Notes: generated by a model from the sequence alone, not told the origin. Counted from the first letter of the stretch, positions 40,409-50,138 are shown. The stretch is DNA of 64,000 nt from an uncultured bacterium (GCA_963977015.1 CAXBMO010000021.1:44252-108251), one strand, 5' to 3'. Made by a program: numbers and translations.

Positions 40409-41631
40409 TCGCCCAGCCAACACGCCACTTTCTGGAATGCATGCCCCCGCAAACATCCGGGCGTTTGCCGGATCGAAAGCAGCGGTTCCCCAACCTCATC
40501 GGGATGCCGGAAGGTGGACACGAAACGCTCAGCAATTTGAAAATCGCCGTGGCGGGATGTGGCGCGGTTGGAAGGACGATCGCCATTGACCTCGCCCGAC
40601 TGGGAATTGCCAGACTCTACCTGATCGACCCGAAAGCCTACAAAGAACAAAGCCTCCTCACCCAACAGATCATGCCTTCAGAGATTGGCCGTTCAAAGGC
40701 TGAGTCGACGGCGCAAGCCTGTGCCGAGATCAGCCGGGACACAGGGGTTTTCTATGCCTTGGGCCGCTTTGAGACGCTCGATCATCTCGCGCTCAAAGAC
40801 GTCGATGTGGTGATCATGGCAGGAGACAACCTCAACCTGGAATCTGCCTTGGGAGAATGGACGTCCCGTTTTCGCATTCCGCTGATCCACGCCGCCGTTC
40901 ATGGCGAAACCCTGGTCGCTCAAGTCAACGTCTACGCCAATCAAAATGCGGAGTCTCCCTGCCCATGTTGTGGATGGGGTGCCGCGGAATGGGAGCACCA
41001 CGCCAGAGAAACCACCTTTGCGTGCGACCCGGGCAACGCGGCGAGCCAGGACCAACAACCTACCATCGCCACCCAACCCACGACCTCGACACCGAGCCTC
41101 TGCGGAATCGCGGCAAACCTCGCGAGCACCCAGATGTTGCGCTACGTCCTCGGCCTTGGCCGCCCGGTCGGCGATACGTCGTTGCAATTCTGTGCCTACA
41201 CCAACGCGACCGCGACGAGTCCACTTGCCGTCTCCAAAGCCTGCCCCACCAGTCACCTCCCCTACACCCACCACGCCCTTCCAAGCCATTCCCATTACAC
41301 TCTGAACGATCTCCTCAGGGAATCCGGAAGCCTGGCGCAAGCCACCGATCCGCCAACCTTTGAAGTCGGCAACGCGGTTTGGGCGGAAGCTGGCGTTTGC
41401 AACTGTGAGGGCGCAACCACCTCCATTGCGCGATTCGTTGCCACCGACGACGCGCCCGTTCTCTGCAAGGTCTGCAATACGCCGATTCAGCTGCAACCTT
41501 TCTTCACCCATCAACAGGCATCGCTCCATCACCTCGGCGAAGCCCTCGATCTCCCGATTTCCGATCTCTGCGATTCGTCCCCCAGGTGGATCGCCATCCG
41601 CAACACCGACCACGCCATCCTCTTTTCCTAA
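40405..41631 (+). CDS. E1-like (ThiF/MoeB family) activating enzyme with Cys-rich C-terminal extension
   Basis: VAGCGAVG, IDPK, GRSKAE, AGDN, CPCC, candidate catalytic FACD, C-terminal CNC...CKVC; start ATG 40405. Confidence 0.85.
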   Translation: MIAQPTRHFLECMPPQTSGRLPDRKQRFPNLIGMPEGGHETLSNLKIAVAGCGAVGRTIAIDLARLGIARLYLIDPKAYKEQSLLTQQIMPSEIGRSKAESTAQACAEISRDTGVFYALGRFETLDHLALKDVDVVIMAGDNLNLESALGEWTSRFRIPLIHAAVHGETLVAQVNVYANQNAESPCPCCGWGAAEWEHHARETTFACDPGNAASQDQQPTIATQPTTSTPSLCGIAANLASTQMLRYVLGLGRPVGDTSLQFCAYTNATATSPLAVSKACPTSHLPYTHHALPSHSHYTLNDLLRESGSLAQATDPPTFEVGNAVWAEAGVCNCEGATTSIARFVATDDAPVLCKVCNTPIQLQPFFTHQQASLHHLGEALDLPISDLCDSSPRWIAIRNTDHAILFS

Positions 41632-41639
41632 CCTCTATC

Positions 41640-42269
41640 ATGAACACGGAACCATTTCTTCTCTCCAAACTCTCCACGTTCAAACTCGATCCGTCCCATC
41701 AACGGCTCTTTGATGATGCGATCCTGACCAACGCCGGAAACGCGATTTGGCGATCGCGAAAGAAGAACGAGATTCACGACTTTCTCGCCCTCGCCCAGGT
41801 TTCGAAACGCATCCGCATTCGGACCATCGACCTGTCCGTCGATCTCCGAATCCTGTTCGACTTCTTTTGCCCGGTCCCTACCCTTCCCCATGTAGACCAG
41901 GATCTGGTGATCCGCGACCGGGCGACGTTGGGCCTCACTTACACGGAAGACTCGGTGCGAAACTCGAAACCCGGTTACTCGTTCCTTCAGATCCTTTCGC
42001 CGTCCCAGGTTTGGCTTCCCAACGTTTCCGACGAAGAGGTTGGCATTCAAGCCCTCTGCCTTGGGGCGATTCTTCCTCCCGGCATCCTCATCAAAGAGCT
42101 GACCCTCCTCGCCTACGCGGCGTTGACGATGCAGTCCGTTCAACTTGATGCCCTGGATTCCGCCGGGGTCATGAACGGAAAATCCGCCCAGTGGTGGAAG
42201 ATCAACCAACATCGCTTCCCGTTGACTCAGGATAGCTTCATTCCCGCGTCCAAAGCTCAATCGACATAG
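41640..42269 (+). CDS. E2/UBC-like conjugating enzyme
   Basis: VWLPNV...ALCLG resembles the UBC HPN...C motif; C-terminal MNGKSAQWW...RFPL resembles the UBC (P)LNxxAA helix; directly follows E1. Confidence 0.65.
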   Translation: MNTEPFLLSKLSTFKLDPSHQRLFDDAILTNAGNAIWRSRKKNEIHDFLALAQVSKRIRIRTIDLSVDLRILFDFFCPVPTLPHVDQDLVIRDRATLGLTYTEDSVRNSKPGYSFLQILSPSQVWLPNVSDEEVGIQALCLGAILPPGILIKELTLLAYAALTMQSVQLDALDSAGVMNGKSAQWWKINQHRFPLTQDSFIPASKAQST

Positions 42270-42296
42270 CCTCTCCCCGTTTCGGCACAGCGTGCT

Positions 42297-43946
42297 TCAG
42301 AGCCCCGCCTGGCAGAGGCAGGAGGAGTTGATCTTCAAATCGGCTTTGGCCCAGATTTTCTCGAACCGTTCCCAAATCGGCTCGGCTTCCTCTTCGCGGT
42401 CCTGCAAAGACAAGCTGCGGGACAGTCCGAAGAGCGACCAACCGTTTTCAGGCCGGCGTTCCAGGTCCTTGCGGTAGACGTCCTCGGCTTCGGCGAAGCG
42501 ACGTTCCTGCATCAGCGTCGCGCCGAGCAAATGGCGCACCGGCAGGATCCAGCCGGGCGGTTCGTCGTATTTCAGGTCGTCTTCCAACTCGACAGCTTTC
42601 CGCAATTCCGCCAGCGCCGGGTCAACCTTCCCTTCGCGATAAAGAATTTCGCCTTCCAGCATGTGGCTGGTCAGCTCGAGCACCTCCGAGCAGAAGTTGT
42701 TCCCGATGATCCATTCCTCGGGAACCCGCTCCCGCGCCGCGACGAAGTTGACTTGCTCGGCCCGGGCCAGTTTCGGCTTCCCTTTGGCGGCATGCGCGAT
42801 TCCACAGGAGGCGTGATGCAGGGCACGGGTGAACGGTAGGTAGTCGGGCGGCTCCGGCATCGCGAGGACGTCGTCCCAGCGCCCGAACCGGACCAGGACC
42901 TCATACGGCATCGCGACGAACGCGTCCGCAAAGAGGGCGTTTTCCTGAAGCCATGGCGTGGGGATTTCTGCAACCATGGCCCGGATGTGGGTCAGGGCCA
43001 GTTCGCTCTGCCCGGTCATCATCGCGGCGTAGGCCAGCATGTGGCGGCTGTGCGCCATGTAGAGACGGTAGAAATCCGGCCGCTTCCCGGTCGTCTCCCG
43101 GTAGGTGAGGTCCGCTCGCACCGCTTTTTCATTGGCCTCGATCGCCTTGTGCCAGCGACCGCGCAGAACGTCGATGTGCGATGGCATGTGGGTGTTGTGC
43201 CCCATGCCCGGCTGCAAGTCGCGCAGCCGATCCGCCGCCGCGTCCGCCAGTTCCGGGTTCGGCCCGGCTTCGACCGCGTGAATCAAAAGGTGATTCGCCA
43301 GGGGATGGTTCGGGTCGAGTTCGAGCACCGCATTCAGGATCGCGATGATCTCGTCAGTGCCGGGTTGCGGCTCCTTGTCCAGGGTCCAGAGATCCCAGGG
43401 CCGCAGGTCCATGAGCGACTCGGCGAAAAGCGCGCCGACGTCGGCGTCCTCGCGATGGTTGTCCCACACCTCGCGCATCGCTTCGGCATAGGCAGCATCG
43501 AGCGGGGTGCGGTCTTCCGGATGCGGATCGGCGTAGCGGTGACCGAGCGCCTCGATCAGAGCTTGCTCGACCACGGTGCAGCGGGAGGCGTGTTGCTGCG
43601 CCAGGGTCAGTTCTTTCCAGGCGAGATCGGCGCGAGCCGCCGGGACCATCGGGTTGTTGATGTGCGGTCCGCTGGCCAGCGAGATGGCCCAGTGCGCCAT
43701 GGCGCATTCCGGATCGAGACGAGCAGCTTCCTGGAAGGAACGGATCGCCTCGTCGTGGTTGAAGGCGTAGAGGAACGCCAGTCCCTGGTCGAAGTAACGC
43801 TGCGCGGATTCCGAGTTGGTGGTGACGTCGCGTCCGTGCGGACCAAGCCCCTCGAAGAGAGGAACCTCAGCCGTGCCAAGAGCCACAGTCCAAACCCAGG
43901 CGAGCACCACGATCGTCCGGTGACAGAAGAGAATTGGAGCATTCAT
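42297..43946 (-). CDS. Secreted TPR-like repeat protein
   Basis: Signal peptide, AQRYFDQGL...FNHDEAIRSF, HMPSHI, YDEPP, PENGWSLFGL helical repeats. Confidence 0.8.
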   Translation of the reverse strand: MNAPILFCHRTIVVLAWVWTVALGTAEVPLFEGLGPHGRDVTTNSESAQRYFDQGLAFLYAFNHDEAIRSFQEAARLDPECAMAHWAISLASGPHINNPMVPAARADLAWKELTLAQQHASRCTVVEQALIEALGHRYADPHPEDRTPLDAAYAEAMREVWDNHREDADVGALFAESLMDLRPWDLWTLDKEPQPGTDEIIAILNAVLELDPNHPLANHLLIHAVEAGPNPELADAAADRLRDLQPGMGHNTHMPSHIDVLRGRWHKAIEANEKAVRADLTYRETTGKRPDFYRLYMAHSRHMLAYAAMMTGQSELALTHIRAMVAEIPTPWLQENALFADAFVAMPYEVLVRFGRWDDVLAMPEPPDYLPFTRALHHASCGIAHAAKGKPKLARAEQVNFVAARERVPEEWIIGNNFCSEVLELTSHMLEGEILYREGKVDPALAELRKAVELEDDLKYDEPPGWILPVRHLLGATLMQERRFAEAEDVYRKDLERRPENGWSLFGLSRSLSLQDREEEAEPIWERFEKIWAKADLKINSSCLCQAGL

Positions 43947-44168
43947 CGATCGAATGAAGGGTTAGTGGTTTGATTGCCGTGAAGCGGAGCCCAAGTGAAG
44001 CCCAACGTCCTCACACGGTAAAAAATTACCCCCGCCGTGCGTGATTACCAGACAATTCGACAAAAAAGCCTTGTCACCATGCGCCGCTCAACGCCCCGCC
44101 GTCCCAGTCGGATCCCCCCACCGATCGAAGGGACTTGTTCGTCCCCAGTTTTCGTTGATCATAACACG

Positions 44169-45659
44169 ATGATCGAAAAAACCCTTTGCGCAACGATCCT
44201 GCTCGCGGCTCTGAGTTCGACACTTTGGGGCACCGATCACTTCCTCACGATTGCCGGCGGTTACGAGCCTTCCGGAAATCAGGTCTCTCTGGAAAAAAAC
44301 GTGGTCTTCTACCGGAACGTGCTCGCTCGGGCTGGATTTGCCGATTCGCCCCACGCAGTTTACTTCGCCAACGGCCTTTCTGAGCATCGCGATGTTCAAT
44401 ACGAGCCCAGCGAATCGCAGGTTCCCCGAGCCCACGAGCTGATGGCGAAGCTTTTCGGAACCACCGAACATCAATCGCTTTCCTATCGAAAACACAAGTT
44501 GACCAGCCTTGCCGGCGCAACGACGCCGGAAAACCTGGCAAAGTGGTTCGACGATCACGCCTCAACTTTTCAAGCCGGCGATCGCCTGATCCTCTACGCC
44601 ACCGCGCATGGCGGGAAGAGCAACGACAAGAAAGACGACGGCAACACCAGACTCTATCTCTGGAACAAGAGGACGGTGAGCGTAAGTCAGCTTCAGCCCC
44701 ATCTGGAGAAGCTCCCGGCAAAGGTCGGCGTAACCTTGATCATGGCTCAATGTTACTCGGGAGGCTTCGCCAACTCCGTGTTCAACAATGCCAATAAAGA
44801 AGGTGGCGACTTCGACCGGCCCGTGTGCGGTTTCTTTTCGACGGTGCCCAGCCGGCAAGCCGCAGGATGCACCCCGGACATTGACGAGGAAGATTACGAC
44901 GAGTTCAGCAGCCACTTCTGGGCTGCCATCCATGGTGAAACCCGCGTCGGACAACCGGTCGAATCCGCCGACTACGATGAGAACGGTGCCGTCAGTTTCG
45001 AGGAAGCCTTCGCCTACACCGTAATCACTTCGCAGAACATTGATATTCCAATTAGGACGAGCGGGGTGTACCTGCGGGCGCGCAGCAAATACCGCAAAGA
45101 CCAACCCGACAACGAGCAATTGTTCCCGCAGAAATCCGACTACGAGAGTGTGCTCGCGTTGGCGAACCCGGTCGAAGCAGCCATGCTCGAAGCCTTGTCG
45201 AGTCAGCTCAATCTCACCAACGCCCAACGCTATGCGGAGTCCGAAACCGCCGCCAACCAGATCGAAGAAAAGCGCAAGGAGTTGAAGGCTCAATCCGACG
45301 AGAAGAAAAAGCGGATCGAACAACTGAAAAAGACCCTGCAGCGCCGCGCCCGCAACCAGTGGCCTGAGCTTTCGAACATCCTAAGCCCAACGGCCGTGCG
45401 ATTGCTGACCGAACAAGCCGAAGCATTCATCGCCTTCGTCGAGTCTCAACCGGAGTTCGCGGAATGGGTAGCGCTGCAATCCGAGCGCGACGCCATCGAG
45501 GAAGAACGTTTCGTCCTGGAAAAAGAATGGGCCAAGCACATCCGCTTCCTGAGAACCCACAACAACGTGATTTTGGCGAAGAACCTGGTCACGCTGGCCG
45601 ATCAAGATTCCATCGCACGTTACCACGCCCTCGTCGATGCCGAGCGAAAAGCGCTTTGA
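44169..45659 (+). CDS. Secreted clan CD cysteine peptidase (C13/caspase-like) with C-terminal coiled coil
   Basis: LYATAHGG (His) and MAQCYSGGF (Cys) dyad; signal peptide; start ATG 44169. Confidence 0.75.
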   Translation: MIEKTLCATILLAALSSTLWGTDHFLTIAGGYEPSGNQVSLEKNVVFYRNVLARAGFADSPHAVYFANGLSEHRDVQYEPSESQVPRAHELMAKLFGTTEHQSLSYRKHKLTSLAGATTPENLAKWFDDHASTFQAGDRLILYATAHGGKSNDKKDDGNTRLYLWNKRTVSVSQLQPHLEKLPAKVGVTLIMAQCYSGGFANSVFNNANKEGGDFDRPVCGFFSTVPSRQAAGCTPDIDEEDYDEFSSHFWAAIHGETRVGQPVESADYDENGAVSFEEAFAYTVITSQNIDIPIRTSGVYLRARSKYRKDQPDNEQLFPQKSDYESVLALANPVEAAMLEALSSQLNLTNAQRYAESETAANQIEEKRKELKAQSDEKKKRIEQLKKTLQRRARNQWPELSNILSPTAVRLLTEQAEAFIAFVESQPEFAEWVALQSERDAIEEERFVLEKEWAKHIRFLRTHNNVILAKNLVTLADQDSIARYHALVDAERKAL

Positions 45660-45683
45660 TCCATTCCGCCGCCCGCCCCCGCA

Positions 45684-47342
45684 ATGTGCATCTTCCGAAT
45701 CCACGTATTTCTCGCGTATTGCTTGCTCGCTCCGCCTCTTTTTTGCGGCGCCGAACGTCTGCCGAACGGAATCGAGCTTCAGGAACCGTGGCCGCCATAT
45801 CGGGAGGCGAAGGAGGTCCTATCCGGCGAACCGATGCCGGTTGCCTACCTGACAACCCCGCCCGGCATCATCCCGATTGACCTCGGACGCCAGTTGCTGG
45901 TCGACGACTTTCTGATTCAATCCAGCACCTTGAAGCGAACGTTTCATCGTCCGGATTATCACCCCTCAAATCCCGTGTTCCGTCCTGAGAAGGCGTGGGA
46001 GAAGACCAAGGATCGCGCGTTTGCCGCGCCCTACAGCGATGGCGTTTGGTATGATCCAGACGAGAAGATCTTCAAGATGTGGTATCGAGCAGAAACCGGT
46101 TGGACTTGCTTGGCGACATCACCCGACGGGCTTTGTTGGGAACGCCCGGCGCTGGAGCAACTGCCCGGTGCCAACGCTTTGTATCGGTCGAATCGGGACG
46201 CCGTTTCCGTTTGGTTGGACCATGGCGCCGGCGATCCGTCGCGCCGATTCGTAGCATTCGAGGCAAGCTGGATCAAACCCGCGCACCGGCTCCACCTGCG
46301 CTACTCACCGGACGGTCGACAATGGACGGCCCCGCTGGCCATCTCCGGCCCGTCTTGGGATCGTTCTTCCGTTTTCTGGAATCCCTTTCGCAACGTCTGG
46401 GTCGCGAGTGTTCGCGGGCACGACCGGATGAAACCCGATCCCGTTCACCGGTCTCGAAACTACCACGAAGGCGCAACTCCCGAGGCCGTGCTCGCATGGA
46501 CCGAACACACCGATGAGGTTGCCCAAGGCAAAGACGCGTCTGGCGGTCTGCAGCCATGGGTCGCCGCCGACCGTCTTGACCCGCGCCATCCCGACCCGCG
46601 ATTTCGCAACAACGACCCCCAACTCTACAACCTCGACGTCTTCCCATATGAGAGCCTACTTGTTGGACTGTTCACGATCTGGCAGGGCCCGGACAACGCG
46701 ACCTGTAAAGACCTCGGCATCCACAAGCGAAACGAGGTTCTTGTCGGATTCACGCGAGACGGATTTCATTGGGACCGGACCAACCGCAAACCGTTTCTGC
46801 CCGTCAGCGATGTTTCCAAAGCGTGGAATGCCGGCAATGTTCAGTCGGTTTGCGGCGGCTGCGTGATCGTCGGCGACCTCCTTTATTTTTATTGCTCAGG
46901 CAGGACGATGGATCCGTCCGACATCACCTCCACCGGCCTCGCGACGTTACGTCGAGACGGTTTCGCCTCGCTCGATGCGAATGGAGACGGCGGCGTCATG
47001 ACCACACGACCGCTTACCTTTACCGGGAAACACCTCTTCGTGAATCTGGCAGCTGCAGACGGTGAGTTGCGTGTCGAAGCTTTGGATCAAACCGGCAGCG
47101 TGATCGCACCGTTTACCCTGGAAAATGGTCAACCCATCTCCGGCGACGCAGCCGCAATCCCAGTGAAATGGAAAGGCATAACCGATCTATCTCAGCTCAC
47201 CGGCATCCCCGTTCGCTTTCGGTTTACACTGAAGAACGGCGCCCTGTATTCGTTCTGGGTTAGCCCCAATGAAGCTGGAGCGAGCACCGGCTACGTCGCC
47301 GCTGGCGGCCCCGGATTCGGCAGTGATCACGACATCCCGTAA
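45684..47342 (+). CDS. Secreted glycoside hydrolase-like five-bladed beta-propeller (GH32/43-like)
   Basis: RQLLVDD, FKMWY, Asp-box-like SPDGLCW/SPDGRQW/TRDGFHW, LRRDGFASL, LYSFW. Confidence 0.75.
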   Translation: MCIFRIHVFLAYCLLAPPLFCGAERLPNGIELQEPWPPYREAKEVLSGEPMPVAYLTTPPGIIPIDLGRQLLVDDFLIQSSTLKRTFHRPDYHPSNPVFRPEKAWEKTKDRAFAAPYSDGVWYDPDEKIFKMWYRAETGWTCLATSPDGLCWERPALEQLPGANALYRSNRDAVSVWLDHGAGDPSRRFVAFEASWIKPAHRLHLRYSPDGRQWTAPLAISGPSWDRSSVFWNPFRNVWVASVRGHDRMKPDPVHRSRNYHEGATPEAVLAWTEHTDEVAQGKDASGGLQPWVAADRLDPRHPDPRFRNNDPQLYNLDVFPYESLLVGLFTIWQGPDNATCKDLGIHKRNEVLVGFTRDGFHWDRTNRKPFLPVSDVSKAWNAGNVQSVCGGCVIVGDLLYFYCSGRTMDPSDITSTGLATLRRDGFASLDANGDGGVMTTRPLTFTGKHLFVNLAAADGELRVEALDQTGSVIAPFTLENGQPISGDAAAIPVKWKGITDLSQLTGIPVRFRFTLKNGALYSFWVSPNEAGASTGYVAAGGPGFGSDHDIP

Positions 47343-47623
47343 CGGACCCTTTTTTCCAGGACGAAACTGGCCGAGCGCGAGCGCTTTTGATTTCCCGGTT
47401 CTCCAATCCATGAGGCAATTGGTTTACGAATGAATCGCCGAAGGACATTGGGGACAGCCATTTGTTTGCGTCGTTGATAGGTTTTGAAGACCTGCCCGGT
47501 TCGCGTTCACCACACTTGGCAAGCCTTCTATGCAGGGAAGATCAATAACTTCAGAAAACTTCCCTCGCTCACAAATACGCCATTTCGGTGTGCTCTATTG
47601 CTGAACGTTCCACCCACCAGAAC

Positions 47624-48439
47624 ATGGCAACGACCGCACAAGCCCCCCACCCACTAACCGAAGCAGCGCGCAGAACGCGGACGCTCGAGGCGGTTGGTTT
47701 CAAGAAAAGCGGGAATGATTTCAAGAAAGGCAGAACCAGTTTTTCCAACCGAAAAGGCTGGCTCACCCTCCGCTCCACGTTTCCGAAAACCGCCGAGCCG
47801 ACCGAAGGGAAACTTGGAAAACCGGGGCTTTGGAAGAAGACCCCAACAACCCCGGCCAAACAGCATTTCACCCTGCCGGAAACCATTCTAGCGAACAACC
47901 GCGCCGCGTCGCCCGACGACGACGATCCAACCCTGCGGGCATGTGTGGACTGGGCGCTGGCGACCCGAAACGGGAGACCACCGAAAGCCCCACAATTGCC
48001 ATCCGCCGAAGACGTCGAGAACTGGCTCGGTTCCAGAACCATCCAAATTGGTGACATCGTTCGCCAGATCGAAGTCAATCATCTTGAAAGCCAGTTTTCC
48101 CTGCGGGTGACGATCGTCAACGACATCCCCAGGGAACGCACCCCCGGCACCGAGTGGCTTGCCGGCCTGATCGAAGACGCCCAGGAACAATGGAAACTGG
48201 CCAGAATCGAATTCACCAACCAGGACGATGACCACGATGTGGCGATCGCCGAAATCGACCTCACCGGAGCCCCATCCCCCATCCTCGAATCACTTTTCCT
48301 AACCAGTGTGGACACCCTCAGATGGATTGCCGCCTCACTGGTTCCCACGGCAGAGTTCCTGGTTGGCAACGACGCAAAGTCGTCGCCAGCCCTGAGCGAA
48401 ACCACCATCCAGGGTCAGCAATCCTCAACCAACATCTAA
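47624..48439 (+). CDS. Hypothetical protein, first gene of the second Ubl block
   Basis: Co-oriented ORF ending 12 nt before Ubl1; start ATG 47624; no confident family. Confidence 0.65.
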   Translation: MATTAQAPHPLTEAARRTRTLEAVGFKKSGNDFKKGRTSFSNRKGWLTLRSTFPKTAEPTEGKLGKPGLWKKTPTTPAKQHFTLPETILANNRAASPDDDDPTLRACVDWALATRNGRPPKAPQLPSAEDVENWLGSRTIQIGDIVRQIEVNHLESQFSLRVTIVNDIPRERTPGTEWLAGLIEDAQEQWKLARIEFTNQDDDHDVAIAEIDLTGAPSPILESLFLTSVDTLRWIAASLVPTAEFLVGNDAKSSPALSETTIQGQQSSTNI

Positions 48440-48451
48440 ATACAAAACGTT

Positions 48452-48778
48452 ATGGTTACTGCAACAGAACCGTCCCCGACAACGGACGCCAAGCCCCGGC
48501 AAGGCGGATCCGCTGATCTTGGGGGCAACGACAGGTTTAGCCTGACTGCGATTGATGTGACCGGCAGCCACGAGTTGGAAGCGCCGAGCATTGATCGAAG
48601 CACCCCTGCGGGTGCAGTCGCGAACGCTTTTGCGAATCGCATGGACTTGCCAACCAACGTCCCTTGGGGACTCCGGAACGATGAGACCGCCGCTTATCTC
48701 TCAGACGATGAGCCAATCGGCGATCAAATTGAAACGGGTGCCCGAGTCGTTGTGACTCCGAAAAGTCACCTCGGCTAA
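48452..48778 (+). CDS. Ubiquitin-like beta-grasp protein Ubl1 (C-terminal Gly)
   Basis: ~80-aa core with strand-strand-helix-strand pattern (FSLTAIDVTG, AGAVANAFANRMDLP, YLSDDEPIG, GARVVVTP) ending KSHLG-stop; context of E1/E2/JAB. Confidence 0.72.
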   Translation: MVTATEPSPTTDAKPRQGGSADLGGNDRFSLTAIDVTGSHELEAPSIDRSTPAGAVANAFANRMDLPTNVPWGLRNDETAAYLSDDEPIGDQIETGARVVVTPKSHLG

Positions 48779-48859
48779 GGACAACACGGCCCAACAACTT
48801 CGGAAACCGGCGGTATGTAAGTAGTTAAGAGGATTGAGGGTACGGATGGGCACGGTGAC

Positions 48860-48914
48860 GTGTGCGGGAGGCACACAGAAACCGCCTCCTTGCGCTGGGT
48901 GGAGCGCAAGGAGG
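48860..48914. other. Two tandem GC-rich hairpins between Ubl1 and JAB1
   Basis: GTGTGC-GGGAG-GCACAC (48860-48876) and 12-bp stem CCTCCTTGCGCT-GGGTGG-AGCGCAAGGAGG (48885-48914); no U-tract. Confidence 0.6.
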
Positions 48915-48961
48915 ATTGGCCGGGCCCAAAACAGAAATCCAACCACGAAACAATCACCCCC

Positions 48962-50095
48962 ATGAAACAAGCTGTTCCAACATCACCAACTCCCAAGACC
49001 TCGGAACCCGGCCTCACCCTGGTTATCCGAAGCGAGGATGACGGTGTGCTTCTCGCCCGGGAAGCGGTGCGTGAAGAAGACTTCACCGAAGCCAAGACCG
49101 AGGCGTTTCGCGAGCTGTTTCTTCGTCAAGGCATCCTCGAGGTTTCCCTTGCAGACCTTCCGGTTCGCCTCCGTGCAATCCCCGTCAAGGATGGCCCGCC
49201 AAATCGCTGCCGTGGTTACGCCTTTGAAAAAACCGTTTCAGCCGGTTCTGGAAAGAAGCGCACGGTTTTCACCATGAACAGCCTTGAGCGCGTCGCGACG
49301 CGGGTCGGTAATCGGCTCCTGGAATCCGGAGCGCTCGAGTCCGGCGAGGATTTCGTCTTTGAACTGGAGTCCGGAGCCCCCACCGCTCAAGCCGCACCCG
49401 ATCCCTTTGCGGATATACTCGGACCGACCATTCGAAAGTCAGAGATGCACTTTCTCCAGGCCGAACTTTCTCCGCTTCTCCAGAACGCCCGGAGCGTGAA
49501 CGAAGCGGATCCTGATGTCTTTCCGGTTTTCTATACTGAGGAAGCCGTTCAACAGGCTGAAGCCCATAGCCGCAAGGGTTCGCCGGCTGATCCGAATTAC
49601 GAAAGCGGAGCCATCCTGGCCGGACCGATCTGCTCGTGTCCCGTTAGCGGAGAATTTTTCATCGTGGTATGCAAAGTCCAGGAAGTGACCGAGGCCGACC
49701 AAACCCTGGTCTCCTTGGAGTATTCCGGCGAAAGCTGGGCCCGGATTCAGAAGAACATCCGCAAAGAACAAACCGAGAACCCGGCCATCCGAATTCTTGG
49801 CCAGGCCCACGGCCACAACTTTCTGCCAAACAACGGCGAAACCTGCGCGGATTGCCCGACCAAACCGGTCTGCGATGTCGACAACCTGTTTGTCAGTTCC
49901 GACGACAAGAACTGGACCCGGGCGGTGTTCAGCCAACAACCCTGGCAGCTCTGCCACATCTTTGGCCTGACCGCCCGCAACGATAGAATCAACGCCCTCT
50001 TCAGCCTCCACGACGCACGGCTGATCCGCAGAGGTTATCACATCATTCCCGACTTTGACGCCACCGCCCACCCCACGATCTCCGTTCTCCAATAA
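48962..50095 (+). CDS. JAB/MPN-like metallopeptidase (JAB1) with N-terminal extra domain and Cys-rich insert
   Basis: YESGAILAG (Glu), ILGQAHGH (HxH), FVSSDD (SxxD); CADCPTKPVC between HxH and SxxD; start ATG 48962. Confidence 0.72.
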   Translation: MKQAVPTSPTPKTSEPGLTLVIRSEDDGVLLAREAVREEDFTEAKTEAFRELFLRQGILEVSLADLPVRLRAIPVKDGPPNRCRGYAFEKTVSAGSGKKRTVFTMNSLERVATRVGNRLLESGALESGEDFVFELESGAPTAQAAPDPFADILGPTIRKSEMHFLQAELSPLLQNARSVNEADPDVFPVFYTEEAVQQAEAHSRKGSPADPNYESGAILAGPICSCPVSGEFFIVVCKVQEVTEADQTLVSLEYSGESWARIQKNIRKEQTENPAIRILGQAHGHNFLPNNGETCADCPTKPVCDVDNLFVSSDDKNWTRAVFSQQPWQLCHIFGLTARNDRINALFSLHDARLIRRGYHIIPDFDATAHPTISVLQ

Positions 50096-50138
50096 GCCCC
50101 CAAATTCAATCCCCCTAACTTGACCTCATTCACCGGCT

